From Mobula hypostoma (lineage: Eukaryota), in the NCBI RefSeq assembly GCF_963921235.1, contig NC_086097.1, forward strand, positions 59,770,001-59,834,000: 64,000 bases of DNA. The letters are read 5' to 3'. Shown here in pieces: positions 38,271 to 51,744 of the stretch (position 1 is its first letter; each line of letters opens with the position of its first letter). The position numbers and the translations under genes are program-made. The notes under the pieces are model-generated. The model was not told where the DNA came from. It searched no databases and worked only from the letters and a program-made list of their open reading frames with translations.

Positions 38271-39056
38271 TGTCTTGTGCTCTAGTTAAGGTTTCTACTG
38301 CTATGCTGTGAGGTATTCCATTTTAGTAGTTTCTGTAAAAGCTGTGTGTCCTGCTGGTACATAGTTTGGTTCTGGCCAAAGATAAAGAGCCATGTTGTTC
38401 AACTTAGGAATGTTATGTCAGCCAAACAGGATGGTGGGATCGGGAGAAGGTTCTAGAGAGAGCTGGATGGAGAGAGATCTTTGACAGACAGTGGCCCTTT
38501 GGTAGCAGAAATGGAGAAGATTGGGGAGATGCTTGTAGGATTCGATCCAACAGGTAGACGCTATTGCAAGAAGTGCTTTCTAAGATGAAGGAGTCCAAAA
38601 TGGGAAGCTCTACTGGTGATTGTTGATGAGAATTCAGCGCCGTAAGTAATGGTTGTACCCTACTTTTGAGGGAGATGATCAACAATGGTCACATGCTCAT
38701 TTAGATTGGTCTAACTGTAATGGGCCCTTTTATTTTTTTCTTTCTTTTCTTTCTCTTAAGAACTCTTTGATAAAGCTGAAATTGGTAAATATACTTCCTT
38801 TATAATTTTATGCTATATGATTTGTCATTTCTAGGCAGCTGGTAATTCTGTATGGGCAGTATTTACACAGTATTTGTTCTAATTAAGGTTGCATTAATTG
38901 GAACATTCCAACTTACCTGTTTGGTTGAACCCCAAATCATATCAGTTCTATTCATATATTGTTCTAATGGTGGCTTTCTCACCGCTGAATCATGTGGCTG
39001 TTAGCCAAGTTAGCTATTGAGACAAGTTTACATACAAGCGTGGTGTGAGGGTTACA
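38271..39056. mobile_element. Solo-LTR-like insertion in CR1
   Basis: Interrupts CR1 at GACTTG|GATGAC; ends TTACA; CTTG is repeated at 38269-38272 and 39057-39060. Confidence 0.6.
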
Positions 39057-39379
39057 CTTGGATGACAGAATTGACGGCTTTGTGGCAAAGTTTGCCAGTG
39101 ACACAAAAATAGGTAGAGGGGTAGGCATTTTTGAGGTAGAGAGAATACAGAAGGACTTAAACAGATTAGGAGAATGGGCAAAGGAATTGCAGATGGAATA
39201 CAGTGCCAGGAACTGTATGGCCATGCACTTTGTCAGAGAAATAGAAGGGCAGACAATTTTCTAAATGGAGAGAAAATTCAAAAATGTGAAGTTCAAAGGG
39301 ACTTGTGCAGGATTCCCTATAGGTAGAGTAAGTGATGAGGAAGGCAAATGTGATGTTAGCATTCATTTCAAGAGGACTA

Positions 39380-39822
39380 GCCACCCTTGGAGAAACAAGC
39401 TCCCTATCTTCAGCCAATAAGTATGAAAAAATGGCTGTATTGTTTGGAATGGTGATTGCTAAGAAGTTAATCCTGCAAATGTGAAAAATGGACTCTATGC
39501 CTACGTACGATCTGTGGCTGAGAGAACTGGCAAATACTTTACATTTGGAGAGACGGAGACTATGTAATGAGGACAGAGGGGACATCTTTGAAAGGATATG
39601 GGGCCCTGTAATGGACTTTCTTACAGGGTGAGGACTGAGGTTTTTTGGTGCGGTGCACCTCTGCTGTGCATGTTTAATTTTGCCTTTATATTTTTCTCCC
39701 TTTTGCTGCTCAATATTTAATTTGATTTTGTTAAGGTTTTTGTGGATGTGCTGTATTTTTTTTGTTGTTTGTTTTGTTTGTTTGTAATAAAAAAATAAAA
39801 AGAATATAAAAAAATAAAAACA
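39380..39822 (+). mobile_element. L1-clade LINE 3' end
   Basis: IAKKLILQM*K...P...W...LHLE...FERIWGP C-terminal motif, T-rich UTR, AATAAA and an A-rich tail. Confidence 0.8.
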
Positions 39823-39952
39823 AAGACGTAATATTGAGGCTTTGTAAAGCATTGGTGAGGAGACACTTGGTATATTATGAGCAGTTTTGAGCCCCTTAAA
39901 TTAGAAAGGATGTGCTGACACAGGAGGGGTTCAAAGGAGATTCACAAAAATG

Positions 39953-41846
39953 CTCCTGCCCCACCGAACTCGTTTCTGCATACCTCGACACGGTTTTATC
40001 CCCCCTTGTTCAATCCCTTCCTACCTATGTTCGTGACACTTCTCACGCTCTTAAACTTTTTGATGATTTTAAGTTCCCTGGCCCCTACCGCTTTATTTCA
40101 CCATGGATGTCCAGTCCCTATATACTTCCATCCCCCATCAGGAAGGTATCAAAGCTCTCCGCTTCTTTTTGGACTCCAGACCTAATCAGTTCCCCTCTAC
40201 CACCACTCTGCTCCGTCTAGCGGAATTAGTCCTTACTCTTAATAATTTCTCCTTTGGGTCCTCCCACTTCCTCCAAACTAAAAGTGTAGCTATGGGCACC
40301 GGTGTGGGTCCTAGCTATGCCTGCCTTTTTGTTGGCTTTGTGGAACAATCTATGTTCCGTGCCTATTCTGGTATCTGTCCTCCACTTTTCCTTCGCTACA
40401 TCGATGACTGCATTGGCGTTGCTTCCTGCACGCATGCTGAACTCGTTGACTTTATTAACTTTGCCTCCAACTTTCACCCTGCCCTCAAGTTTACCTGGTC
40501 CATTTCCGACACCTCCCTCCCCTTTCTAGATCTTTCTGTCTCTGTCTCTGGAGACAGCTTATCCACTGATGTCTACTATAAGCCTACTGATTCTCACAGC
40601 TATCTGGACGATTCCTCTTCTCACCCTGTCTCTTGCAAAAATGCCATCCTCTTCTAGCAATTCCTCCGTCTCCGCTATATCTGCTCCCAGGATGAGGCTT
40701 TTCATTCCAGGATAAGGGAAATGTCCTCCTTTTTTAAAGAAAGGGGCTTCCCTTCCTCCACTATCAACTCTGCTCTCAAACGCATCTCCCCCATTTCACG
40801 CACGTCTGCTCTCACTCCATCCTCCCGCCACCCCACTAGGAATAGAGTTCCCCTGGTCCTCACCTACCACCCCACCAGCCTCCGGGTCCAACATATTATT
40901 CTCCGTAACTTCCACCACCTCCAACTGGATCCCACCACTAAGCACATCTTTCCTTCCCCCCCCCCCCCCCGCTTTCCGCAGGGATCGCTCCCTGCGCGAC
41001 TCCCTTGTCCATTCGTCCCCCGCATCACTCCCCACTGATCTCCCTCCTGGCACTTATCCTTGTAAGCGGAACAAGTGCTACACATGCCCTTACATTTCCT
41101 CCCTTACCACCATTCAGGGACCCAGACAGTCCTTCCAGGTGAGGCGACACTTCACCTGTGAGTCGACTGGGGTGATGTACTGCGTCCGGTGCTCCCGATG
41201 TGGCCTTCTATACATTGGCGAGAACCGATGCAGACTGTGAGACCGCTTTGCTGAACACCTACGCTCTGTCCGCCAGAGAAAGCAGGATTTCCCAGTGGCC
41301 ACACATTTTAATTCCACATCCCAGTCCCATTCTGACATGTCTATCCATGGCCTCCTCTACTGTAAAGATGAAGCCACACTCAGGTTGGAGGAACAACACC
41401 TTATATTCCGTCTGGGTAGCCTCCAACCTAATGGCATGAACATCGACTTCTCTAACTTCCGCTAATGCCCCACCTCCCCCCTTGTACCCCATCCGTTATT
41501 TATTTTTATACACACATTCTTTCTCTCACTCTCCTCTTTGTCCCTCTGACTATACCCCTTGCCCATCCTCTGGGGTCCCCCCCCCCTTGTCTTTCTCCCC
41601 GGACCTCCTGTCCATGATCTTGTCATATCCCCTTTGCCAATCACCTGTCCAGCTCTTGGCTCCATCCCTCCCCCTCCTGTCTTCTCCTATCATTTTGGAT
41701 CTCCCCCTCCCCCTCCCACTTTCAAATCTCTTACTAACTCTTCCTTCAGTTAGTCCTGACGAAGGGTCTCGGCCTGAAACGTCGACTGTACCTCTTCCTA
41801 GAGATGCTGCCTGGCCTGCTGCGTTCACCAGCAACTTTGATGTGTG
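39953..41846 (+). mobile_element. 5'-truncated Penelope-like element (RT + GIY-YIG)
   Basis: MDVQSLYTSIP, AMGT...YA, RYIDD, VYYKPTD and VMYCVRCSRCGLLYIGE; few disabling mutations; terminal repeat with hammerhead. Confidence 0.96.
41751..41788 (+). ncRNA. Minimal type I hammerhead ribozyme motif
   Basis: AGTC-CTGACGA-AGG(GTCTCGG)CCT-GAAA-C-GTC-GACT; intact core, predicted cleavage after C41783. Confidence 0.85.
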
Positions 41847-42077
41847 TTCCAAGAATGAACAGATTGCTATATGAAGATCATTTGATGGCTCTGGGCCTGT
41901 ATTCCCTAGAATTCAGAAGAATGAGGATGACAGAATTGAAACCTTTCAAATGGTGAAAGCCCTTGATAGAGTGGATGTGGAGAGGGTGTTTACTATGGTG
42001 GGAGAGTCCAGGATCTGAGGACACAGTCTCAGAATAGAGGAACATTCTTTTAGAACAGAGATGAGCAATTTCTAATA

Positions 42078-42968
42078 TAAGACCATAAGCCCTTAAAGCA
42101 TAGAAGCAGAATTAGGCCATATGTCAAACTGATTCTGCTCATTGTGGCTCATTTCATCATTCATTTCAGCATGGCTAATCCATTTTGCCTCTCAAACCCA
42201 TTTGCTTGCCTTTCCGCGTAACCTTTCATGTCCTGACTGATCAGGAACCTATGTACCTCCCCTTAAATATGCCCAATGATTTGGCCTCCACAGCTGCTTG
42301 TGGCAACAGATTCCACAGGTTCACAACCCTCTGACTAAGGAAATTTCTGCCCATCTCTGTGGCAATTGGTCATCACTCTATTCTGAGGCTCTACCCTCTG
42401 GTCCTAGACTCCCAGTATACGAAACATCCTCTCCACATCCACTCTATCTCAGCCTTTCAACATTCAATAGGGATTCCTTCCTCCTCATTCTTCTAAATTC
42501 TAGTGAGTACAGTTCCAGAGCCATCAAACGCTCCCCATATGATAACCCTTTCATTCCCTGAATCATTCTCGTAAAGCTCCTATGGACCCTCTCCAATGTC
42601 AGCACATCCTTTCTAAGATAAGGGGCCCAAAACTGCTCACAATGCTCCAAGTGAGGTCTCACCAGTGCTTTATAAAGTCTCAACATTACACCCTTGCTTT
42701 TACATTCTCGTCCTCTCAAAATGAGTGCTAACATCCCAATTGCCTTCCTCACCACCAGCTCAACCTTCAGGGAATCCTTTAGGGACTTCCAAGCTCCTTT
42801 GCACCTTGGATTTTCTCTCCATTTAAGAAATAATCTACGTGTTTATTTCTTCTCCCAAAGTGCATGACTATACACTTCCCTCCACTATATTCCATCTTTA
42901 CCTATTCTTCTAATCTAAGTCTTCTGTATCCTCCCTGCTTCCTGAACACCACCTGCCCCTCCACCTAT
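42078..42968 (-). mobile_element. CR1 3' fragment
   Basis: ORF 42444-42755 (LYKALVRPHLEHC) and tail at the left end. Confidence 0.9.
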
Positions 42969-42976
42969 CTTCGATG

Positions 42977-43165
42977 GCATCTATGTAAAATTCAGAGGGT
43001 GATGAGAACTCAACTGGGAGATGGGTATAGAAGGAGGGAAGAAGTTATTCTTACATGTCTATATATTGGATTACAGCACTAGGTTGAATACATCCCTGTT
43101 CAGAATTAATAAGCATGATATGGACATTTGTAGGATGTGCACTTGTCAAGAAACAACACATATTA
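42977..43165 (+). mobile_element. C-terminal CCHC region of the I/Nimb-like LINE
   Basis: RREEVILTCLYIG.../TRLNTSLFRINKHDMDICRMCTCQETTHI. Confidence 0.7.
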
Positions 43166-46100
43166 GATTCATAGAAAAATGCAGCACAGAAGTAGGCTCT
43201 TTGGCCCATCTAGTTCTTACTGAACCGTTTAATCTGCCTACTCACATCGACCTCTGCCCAGTTCATTGCGCTCCATACACCAACCATTAATGTACCTATC
43301 CAAACTTCTCATAAAAGTTGGAATCAAGCTTTCATGCACCACTTGTGGTGGCAACTCGTACCACACTCACAATCTTCTGAGTGAAGAAGTTTCCCCTCAT
43401 ATTCCCTTAAACTTTTCACCTTTCCCCCTTAATCCATGACTTCTAGTTGTAGCCCACCGAACCTCAGTGGAAAAAGCCTGCTTGCATTTACCCTGTCTAT
43501 ACTCCTCATAATTTTGTATACCACTATCAAATCTCATATGTTCCAAGAAATAAAGTCCTAACCTATACAATCTTTCCTTATAACTCAAGTCCTCCAGACC
43601 CGGCAACATCCTTGTAAATTTTCTCTTTATTCCTTCAAAATTATTTACATCTTTTATGTTCGTTGGTAGGTGATCAAACCTGCACACAATGCACCAAATT
43701 AGGTCTCACCAATGTCTTATGCAACTTCAACATAATAACCTATTTCCTATACTCATTATTTTGATTTAAGAAGGCAAAAGTGGAAAAAGCTTTCTTTTGC
43801 AACTCTGTCTACCTGTGCCACCACTTTCAATGAATTATGGACCTGTATTCCCACATCTCTTTGTTCTACCAAGGTCCCCTGTGCTTTACTATTCACTGTG
43901 TAAGACCTACCCTGATTGGGCCTACTGAAGTGTAACACCTCACATTTGTGTGCATTAAATTCACAACATCCACTGCCTTGTTGTCATTAACTTTCCTGGT
44001 AACATCCTTGAAAATCTCTCTGCGATTGATTAGAAATGACCTACCATGCACAAAGCTATGCTGACTATTCGTAATCAGTCCATGCCTATCCAAATATTCA
44101 TATATATGATACCTTAGAATACCTTCCAATAATCTACCCGCTACTGATGTCAGGCTCTGTACTTCCAAAGTTTAATTTTGGTGTCTTTTAGGGCCCCTGT
44201 GTCAGTACCTCCAGTTAAACTCTTTTTTTGTGTGTTTCTTCCTAGCTGTCAGTCTGTGGTTTTGTATTGCCATGTGCTCCTGCTCTACTCCGGCCCCTGT
44301 ATTACTGAATACTCCGTCTCTCATCTGCTTCCCATTATTACCTGTATTGCTGCCACCTGTGTCTCATTGTGCTCCACCTATCATCTGCCTCTCTGTTTAT
44401 TGCTCAGTGAATTTCAGTCCTGTGTTTTCACCTGTTTGTTGTCAGATTGTACTCGTGAATTTTCTTGAGCTTTTCCAGCCTTTGTATCTGTACTCTAGCC
44501 ATCTGAATATGTACTCTGCCTGTTTCCTGATGGTGGTTTTTGGATTTCTCTGGATGTTTTGATCTCTGCCTGAACTTTGACGCTGACTTTGTTTGCACCT
44601 TGGGATTTGTCACCCAATTAATATCCCTGTGTGCATAGTATTGTGTCTGTGATTGGAACCTTGGTCCAGCATCCTGACACCCTGAAATTTCTGTGCTTGT
44701 ATCCCACAGGGTCCAAAGGAATGCCTTGTCTGGTCCTGGGGATTTATTCACTTTAATTTGCCTTAAGGCAGAAAAAAAACCCTTCCTTTTTAAACTGTGT
44801 ATAGGGTCCATGACTTCACTGCTGCTTTACTTCACTGTGTAGACACTGTGTCCAATTCCTGAGTAAATACAGGTGCAAATATGCATTTAATATCTTTTGG
44901 CTCCATGTATGGGTTACCATTCTGATCTTCCAGAGGACAAGTTTTGTCCCTTGCAGTATTTTGCTTTTAATATATCTGTAGAATCACTTTGGATTCTCTT
45001 TCACTTTGTCTTCAAGGGCAAACTCATGTCTTCTTTTAGCCGTTCTGATTTCTTTGTTAAGTGCTCTTTGCATTTTTTATACTCCATAAGCACTTCATTT
45101 GTTCCTACCTACCTAAATCTTTTTTTTCTTAACCTGGGCCTCAATATCTCTTGAAAACCATGTATCCCTAAACCTGTTATCTTTAACTTTGAACTCTCAA
45201 AATTTCCACTTACCAAGTACGCCTTTACTGGAAAATGTTCTATCCCAATCCACACTTGCCAGATCCTTTCTGATACCATCAAATCTAGCCTTTGCCAATT
45301 TAGAATCTCAATCTGCAAACCAGTTCTATCTTTTCCATATTCATATTGAAACTAATTTCATTGTGATCACTAGATGCAATGTGTTCCCCTACACAAACAT
45401 CTGTCACCTGCCCTGTCTCATTCCCTAATAGCAGATTAAGTATTAAATAAGACCATAAGACATAGGAGCAGAATTAGGCCATCTGGCCCATTGAGTCTGT
45501 TCTGCCATTCAATCATAGCTCATCCTTTTTTTTACATCTCCTCCTCAACCCCAGTTCCCAGGCTTCTCCCTCTAACATTTGATGCCATGTCCAATCAAAA
45601 ACCTATCAACCTCTGCCTTAAATGTACCCGACAAGCTGGCCTCCACAGCTGCATGTGGGAATAAATTCCACAAATTCACCACCCTTTGGTGAAAGAAATT
45701 TCTCTGCATCTCTGTTTTGAAACGCAGCATCTTCAATGCCAGCACATATTTTCTAAGATGAGGGGCCCAAAGCTGTTCACAATACTTAAGGTGAGGCCTC
45801 AGCATCACGTCCTTGTTCTTGTATTCTAGACCTCTTGAAATGAATGCTAACATGGTATTTGCCTTCCTCACCACCAACTCAACCTGCAAGTTAACCTTCA
45901 GAGTGCTCTGCATAAGGACTCCCAAGTCCCTCTGCATCTCAGGTTCCCGGATTTTCTCCCCGTTTAGAAAATAGTCTGCACATTTATTTCTACTACCAAA
46001 GTGCATGACCATGCATTTTGCAGCATTGTATTTCACTTGCCATTTCTTTGCCCATTCTCTTAATCTAAGTACTTCTGCATCCTACCTATTTCCTCAAACT

Positions 46101-47815
46101 ACCTGCACCTCCACCAATCTTCATATCATCTGCAAACTTGGCAACAAAGCCACCTATTCCATCATTTATATACAGCATTAAAAAACAGTGGTCCCAACAC
46201 TAACCCTTGCAGAACACCACTAGTCACTGGCAGCCAACCAGAGAAGGATCCTTTTATTCCCACTTACTGCCTCCTACCAATCAGCCAATGCTCTAACTAT
46301 GTCAGTAACTTTCCTGTAATACCATGGCCTATTTAATTTGGTAAGCAGCCTTAAGTATGGCACCTTGTCAAAGGCCTTCTGAAAGTCTGGATATACAACA
46401 TCCACTACATCCCCTTTATCTATCCTACTTGTAATCTCCTCAAAGAATTCAAACAGTTTCGTCAGGCAAGATTTTCCTGAAGGAAACCATGCTGACTTTG
46501 TATTATCTCGTCCTGTGTCACCAAGTACTCCATCACCTCATCCTTAACTATTCACTTCAACATCTTCCCAAACACTGAGATCAGTCTAACTGGTCTATAA
46601 TTTCTATTCTGCTGCCTTCCTCTTTTCTTAAAGAGTGGAGTAACATTTGGAATTTTCCAGTCCTCTGGCACCATGCCAGAGTCCAATGAATTTTGAAAGA
46701 TAATTTCTAATGCCACCACAAACAAAAACGCTGCCTGTTTCAGAATCCCAGCGTGCAGTTCCTCTGGTCTGGGTGACTTATGTGCCTTTAGGTCTTTCAG
46801 CTTTTTGGCACCTTCTCTCTTGTAACAGTAATAGTACCCACTTCTCTTCCTTCACACACTACAACATCAGGCACACTGCTAGTGTCCTCCACAGTGAAGC
46901 CTGATGCAAAATACTCACTTAGTTCATCAGCCATCTCCTTGTCCCCAATTATTATTTCTCCTGCCTTATTTTCTAGAGGTCCTATATCCACTCTCATTTC
47001 TCTTTTATTTTTAACATGCTTAAAAAAAACTTTTACTATCCACTTTGATATTGCTTTGCTTTCTTGCTTTCACATTTCATCTTTTCCCTTCTCATGATTT
47101 TTTTAGTTGCTCTCTATATGTTTTTAAAAACGTCCCAATCCTCTATCTTCTCACTAAATTTTGCTTTGTTGCATGCCCTTTCTTTTGCTTTTGCAATAGT
47201 TTTGACTTCCCTTGTCAGCCACATTTGTACTATTTTACTATTTGAGTATTTCTTCATTTTTGGAATACACATGTCCTGCGCCTTCCTCATTTCCCCCAGA
47301 AACACACGCCAATGCTGCTCTGTTGACATCCCTGCCAGCACCTGCTTCCAAGTTACCTTGGCAAACTCCTCTCTCATACCACTGTAATTTCCCTTACTCC
47401 ACTGAAATACTGCTTCGTCAGACTTTACTTTCTCCCTGTCAAATTTTGAGTTGAACACTATCATTGCACACTGTCTCACACACTGTCTCACTGGGGCTTC
47501 TATCTTCTGATTAAGGAAACTTTACCGAACACATTTTACAAATTCATTTCTATCTAGGTCTTTTATAGTATGGGAGTCCCAGTCAATATACAGAAAGTTA
47601 AAATCACCTACTATGACAAACTTGTGTTTCTTGCAACAGTCTATGATCTCCTTACAAATTTGTTCCTCTAAATCCTGCTGTCTATAATGGAGCCCCATTT
47701 ACATGGTCATAATTTTCTCATTTCTCATGTCCACCCATAAAGCCTCACTGGACGAGTTCTCCAGTCGTCCTGACTGAGTACTGTGGGAAAGTTTTCCCTG
47801 ATGAGTGATGCCATT
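43166..47815 (-). mobile_element. Two nested minus-strand CR1 LINEs (host 43166-45445 and 47490-47815; insert 45446-47490)
   Basis: RT, linker and endonuclease remnants in ORFs 43397-47491; a second tail at 45446-45500. Confidence 0.88.
44148..44679 (+). mobile_element. Solo-LTR-like insertion
   Basis: Inverted termini TGTCAGG / CCTGACA; non-coding; no clean TSD. Confidence 0.6.
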
Positions 47816-48291
47816 GATCGAATGCAGTTCCTTTGAGGTGCAAAACTAGCACCTAATTGCTAAATTGAGAACTTTGAGACTGACATGGTTAAACATGGAA
47901 TGTTTGTTAGAATATCACTGACATCATAATGTATATAAGTGCATACTAGACTTTTTGGAAAGCATTGGACTTTTGCTATTATTCGAGTTTATTTTTGAGA
48001 AGGGGAGTTTAGTGGGGATTCTTCCTGTCTCTTTGCTCCACACTTTAACTCAGCAGATGGTGGTAATATGTCTTATGTTGGTCTGCCCAACTGCCATTAA
48101 ACTTTACAAAAGAAGAAGGTGGTTCCAGAATCTGTCTGCATTTGTGGAGAAAGCCACTTTGAGAATTAGTGTCCTGACACTGTAAGATCTTCTTTAATTA
48201 AGGTATTTTTGTTGTTAATTTGTATTTCCAGTAATTTTCTATTAACTAAGGAATAAGAACCACTCTTGTCACTAAGTTGCCATTCTCTGTT

Positions 48292-49140
48292 CATAAACAG
48301 GAGAAAATCTGCAGATGCTGGAAATTCAAGCAACATACTCAAAACGCTGGAGGAACTCAGCAGGACATGCAGCATCTATGGAAAAGAGTATAGTTGGCAT
48401 TTCGACCAAGACCCTCAATCAGGACTGGAGAAAAAAAAAGAGATGGGAGGGGGGAGCAGTGAAGTAAAGAGTTAGGAAGTTGATAGGTGAAAGAGATACA
48501 GATCTGGAGAAATGGGATAGAAACATAGAAACATAGAAAATAGGTGCAGGAGTAGGCCATTCGACCCTTCCAGCCTGCAACGCCATTTATTATGATCATG
48601 GCTGATCATCCAACTCAGAACCCCGCCCCAGCCTTCCCTCCATACCCCCTGACCCCTGTAGCCACAAGGGCCATATCTAACTCCCTCTTAAATATAGCCA
48701 ATGAACTGGCCTCAACAGTTTCCTGTGGCAGAGAATTCCACAGAGTCACCACTCTCTGTGTGAAGAAGTTTTTCCTAATCTCGGTCCTAAAAGGCTTCCC
48801 CTCTATCCTCAAACTGTGACCCCTCGTTCTGGACTTCCCCAACATCGGGAACAATCTTCCTGCATCTAGTCTGTCCAATCCCTTTAGGATCTTATACGTT
48901 TCAATCAGATCTGATAGGAAAGAACCGTATGCCATGGAAGAAAGAAAAGAGGGTGCAGCACTAGAAGGGGGTGATGTGCAGGAAAGGAGCTAAAGTGAGA
49001 GAGGAAAAATGGGAATGGATATTGGTGAAGGAGAGGGGGAGGCATTACTGGAAGTTCAAGAACTCGATGTTCATGCCATCAGGTTGGAGGCTACCCAAAT
49101 GGAATATAAGGTGTTGCTCCTCCAACCAGAGTGTGCCCTC
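48292..49140 (-). mobile_element. Penelope-like terminus with a nested CR1 3' end (48517-48910)
   Basis: PLE terminal repeat and RLEEQHLIF motif; CR1 (CATAGAAA)n tail and ORF 48615-48935. Confidence 0.85.
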
Positions 49141-49970
49141 TCTATTCATGGGATTCACTCATGAAGTTCCTCAGAAATGCTAAAAAGTATGATATTAGTT
49201 CATGTTTTGCAAAGCATGAAGTCGGAAGGAATGTGCGTTCAATACAAATAATTTGGAATAAACCATTGGGATTATATTGGTAATTAAAATAACAGGCTCA
49301 GTGTAAGTTTAGGCCTTCCACATAATAATTCAGTAATATAATTATTAACATTTTCATTTTATAACCATATCACATTGTAGTTTAATGAAGGTCAATGATA
49401 CTGGCAAGCTATGTAATTGTGCATTAAGATTAATCATCAGTTTTAAAAGTAGACAGTAATGGGACTCATCGAGTCCATTGAGGGAAGTCAATGAATCATT
49501 CAACTATTCTTCGCAGAAATGAAGGTGAATATGTGTTAAAACTGGAAGAAGAATAGAAGGAATGAAAAAAATACATTGCATTATCAATATTATCTTTTTA
49601 CAATATTAACACACATCTTTTCGAAGCATGCTAATCTTATTAATAAAAATTAGACATCTGAGTCAACATACCACATATTGATGATAATCAGACAATTGTA
49701 GATGTTAGGAATCTGAAAAAAGCAGAAAATGTTGAAAACGCTCAACATTTCCGACAGCAAATTAAAAAATAGAAACCAACCAGATGACGTATTCCCATAA
49801 CAAACCTGGTCTCATCCTATCAAAGATATTCTTTTTGTTCAGTCGATCCCTTCAAACTCCCTACAGGTTCAACTTGTTTTCTCTCTTTCCCAGGTTTAAA
49901 ACATTATCTGTTTCTTTTTCTGCAGATGTTTCTCTTGTTTGTTTCCTGAATTCTTTCTTTTTTATTATAG

Positions 49971-50700
49971 GTGATGTTGATGCCATGTTATAAGATCACA
50001 AATTTTGTTCTGTGGAACCACATGTCCCAAAATAAGAAAAATTACACCTTTACCGCAGTTCTTTAGAATTAATAATATAACGCAACAGACTTTGAATATC
50101 AATCTTGAAAAGTTGCATTCGTTACATAAATCTTGAAACTCATCGAACAGCCCCTTGAATTTGTTTGATATTTCATTGAATTATAGTTGATAGCATTTGA
50201 ACTCCATTTACCTAACTTGTTCCTCGATAGACTTGCAGAACAATCATCTTTAATTGTCCGAGCAGCCAAGAGGAGAAAGAATTATACCATTCTTACAATA
50301 TTTAGTGAAAAAGTACATCCTGATTTTGCACCTGTCTCTGCTTTTATAATCATGACCCATGCTTTCTAATTTCCCCAACCAGAAAAATGATGTTTTATAA
50401 CCATCTGATAATTGCCATAATCCATTATCTATTGACTTTCATCACACAAGGGAGTTCAAGCTAACTTTCTTTGCTTTATTAATCAGTGCTGTATCATATC
50501 AAATTCTAAAAAGTCCTTCTTGAGGTTTAGCCTCCAAAAATCAATAAAACTGGTGATGATATCTGGACAAAAGGGTCCACATCAGGGGCATAACTTTCTC
50601 TTTTTAAAGTCTCGTCTTCTCAAGATAAATGCCATTATTTTGTTAGCCTGTTTTACAATCTGTGCCTGTCTATTGCTCTTATAATATAAGGACCAATACC
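49971..50700 (+). pseudogene. Possible highly decayed LRR-transmembrane gene exon
   Basis: An acceptor-like site, then frame fragments LEKLHSLHKS*N, LNLFDISLN and SIDLQNNHL, and a hydrophobic stretch INAIILLACFTICACLLLL. Many stops. Confidence 0.25.
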
Positions 50701-51744
50701 ATTTCGATGATTATTGCATTGATGGTTAATCAGTATCACTATAATTAGCATCTATTGAAAAAGATTGTGCCCTCTAATGCACCAGAGAATGCTACGTACT
50801 GAGAAAGAATGGTTGAAAATTAGTGAACAACATTCATCACCTGCTTCCTCACAAATTATATCACCAGAGTCATCTAAAAATTATCCACATTAAATGAGCA
50901 ATATCCTAGCATCTGTGCAGTGTACTTTCATTCCAAAACTGAACCTAACTCCGCAGTCCAAGGAGAGCTTGAGGATAAGCAAGAGGTGCATTAATATTCT
51001 GTCTCTAACTTGTAAGTCAAGGGAGGATGTGAGTGGAGGGGAGAGGAAAGTGAGGAGGTGGATTATTATTCTCTTTGCACTACTTTTGCAGTGACGGGCA
51101 ACATTCCCTTGTTCAAGGCAAATGTACAAACGCCTACTTAACTTCTCTCGTGAATTGCTGCAGGCCATAATTTTGTTCCACCCCCTTCTCCTCGCACCCA
51201 ACTCCCACAAGATAGAGAAATGCATGTTAATGGGTATCTTGTAATGTGTCCCAGTGAAGTATCTGCCATGGCTGAAAATTACGAGATGTGAGTGTGAGAC
51301 TTGGAAAAATGCTTCGAGCAGGGTCTGGGGCAGAACGTTTGCACATTTAGTTCAAGTCCTGATTGTTAGAGATTGTTAGGTAATCATTTGTGATGTATGA
51401 TGCTCATGACACAGTTGGAGGGAGAAAGACCCCTGATAATGTATAATATTTTGTTATATTGGCAATACATAGGAAGTATTTGAATCCACTGAGGCAGCCC
51501 AGCCATGTCCTCCTAGGTGTGATTCCTGGTTTGCTATGGGTAAAGAGCCTCTCATCTACTCCCTGCCTCATTCACCAATGCCGTCAAGGTTGATTTAGAA
51601 TACAAGTGTTCCATTCTTAAATGTGCATTGACATCTCCCATTTCAACCTGTCAAGGATTATAGAAAAACTGTCATGCAGCCACAAAGCACTACCTGACAA
51701 GCACGAGTGAATTGGAAATAATTCAGAAAAATGTGTAGCTCAGG

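Larger units (their letters stand above)
37660..42070 (+). mobile_element. CR1 LINE host of three nested insertions
   Basis: GNYRPVSL, VYLDIQKAFDKV and KFASDTKIG remnants; resumes after the PLE at 41847. Confidence 0.88.

Noticed and set aside
39166..39852. 228-aa minus-strand ORF
   Set aside because: Antisense shadow across an L1 tail and CR1 sequence.
51230..51720. Possible ancient repeat
   Set aside because: Too degraded to assign without a search.
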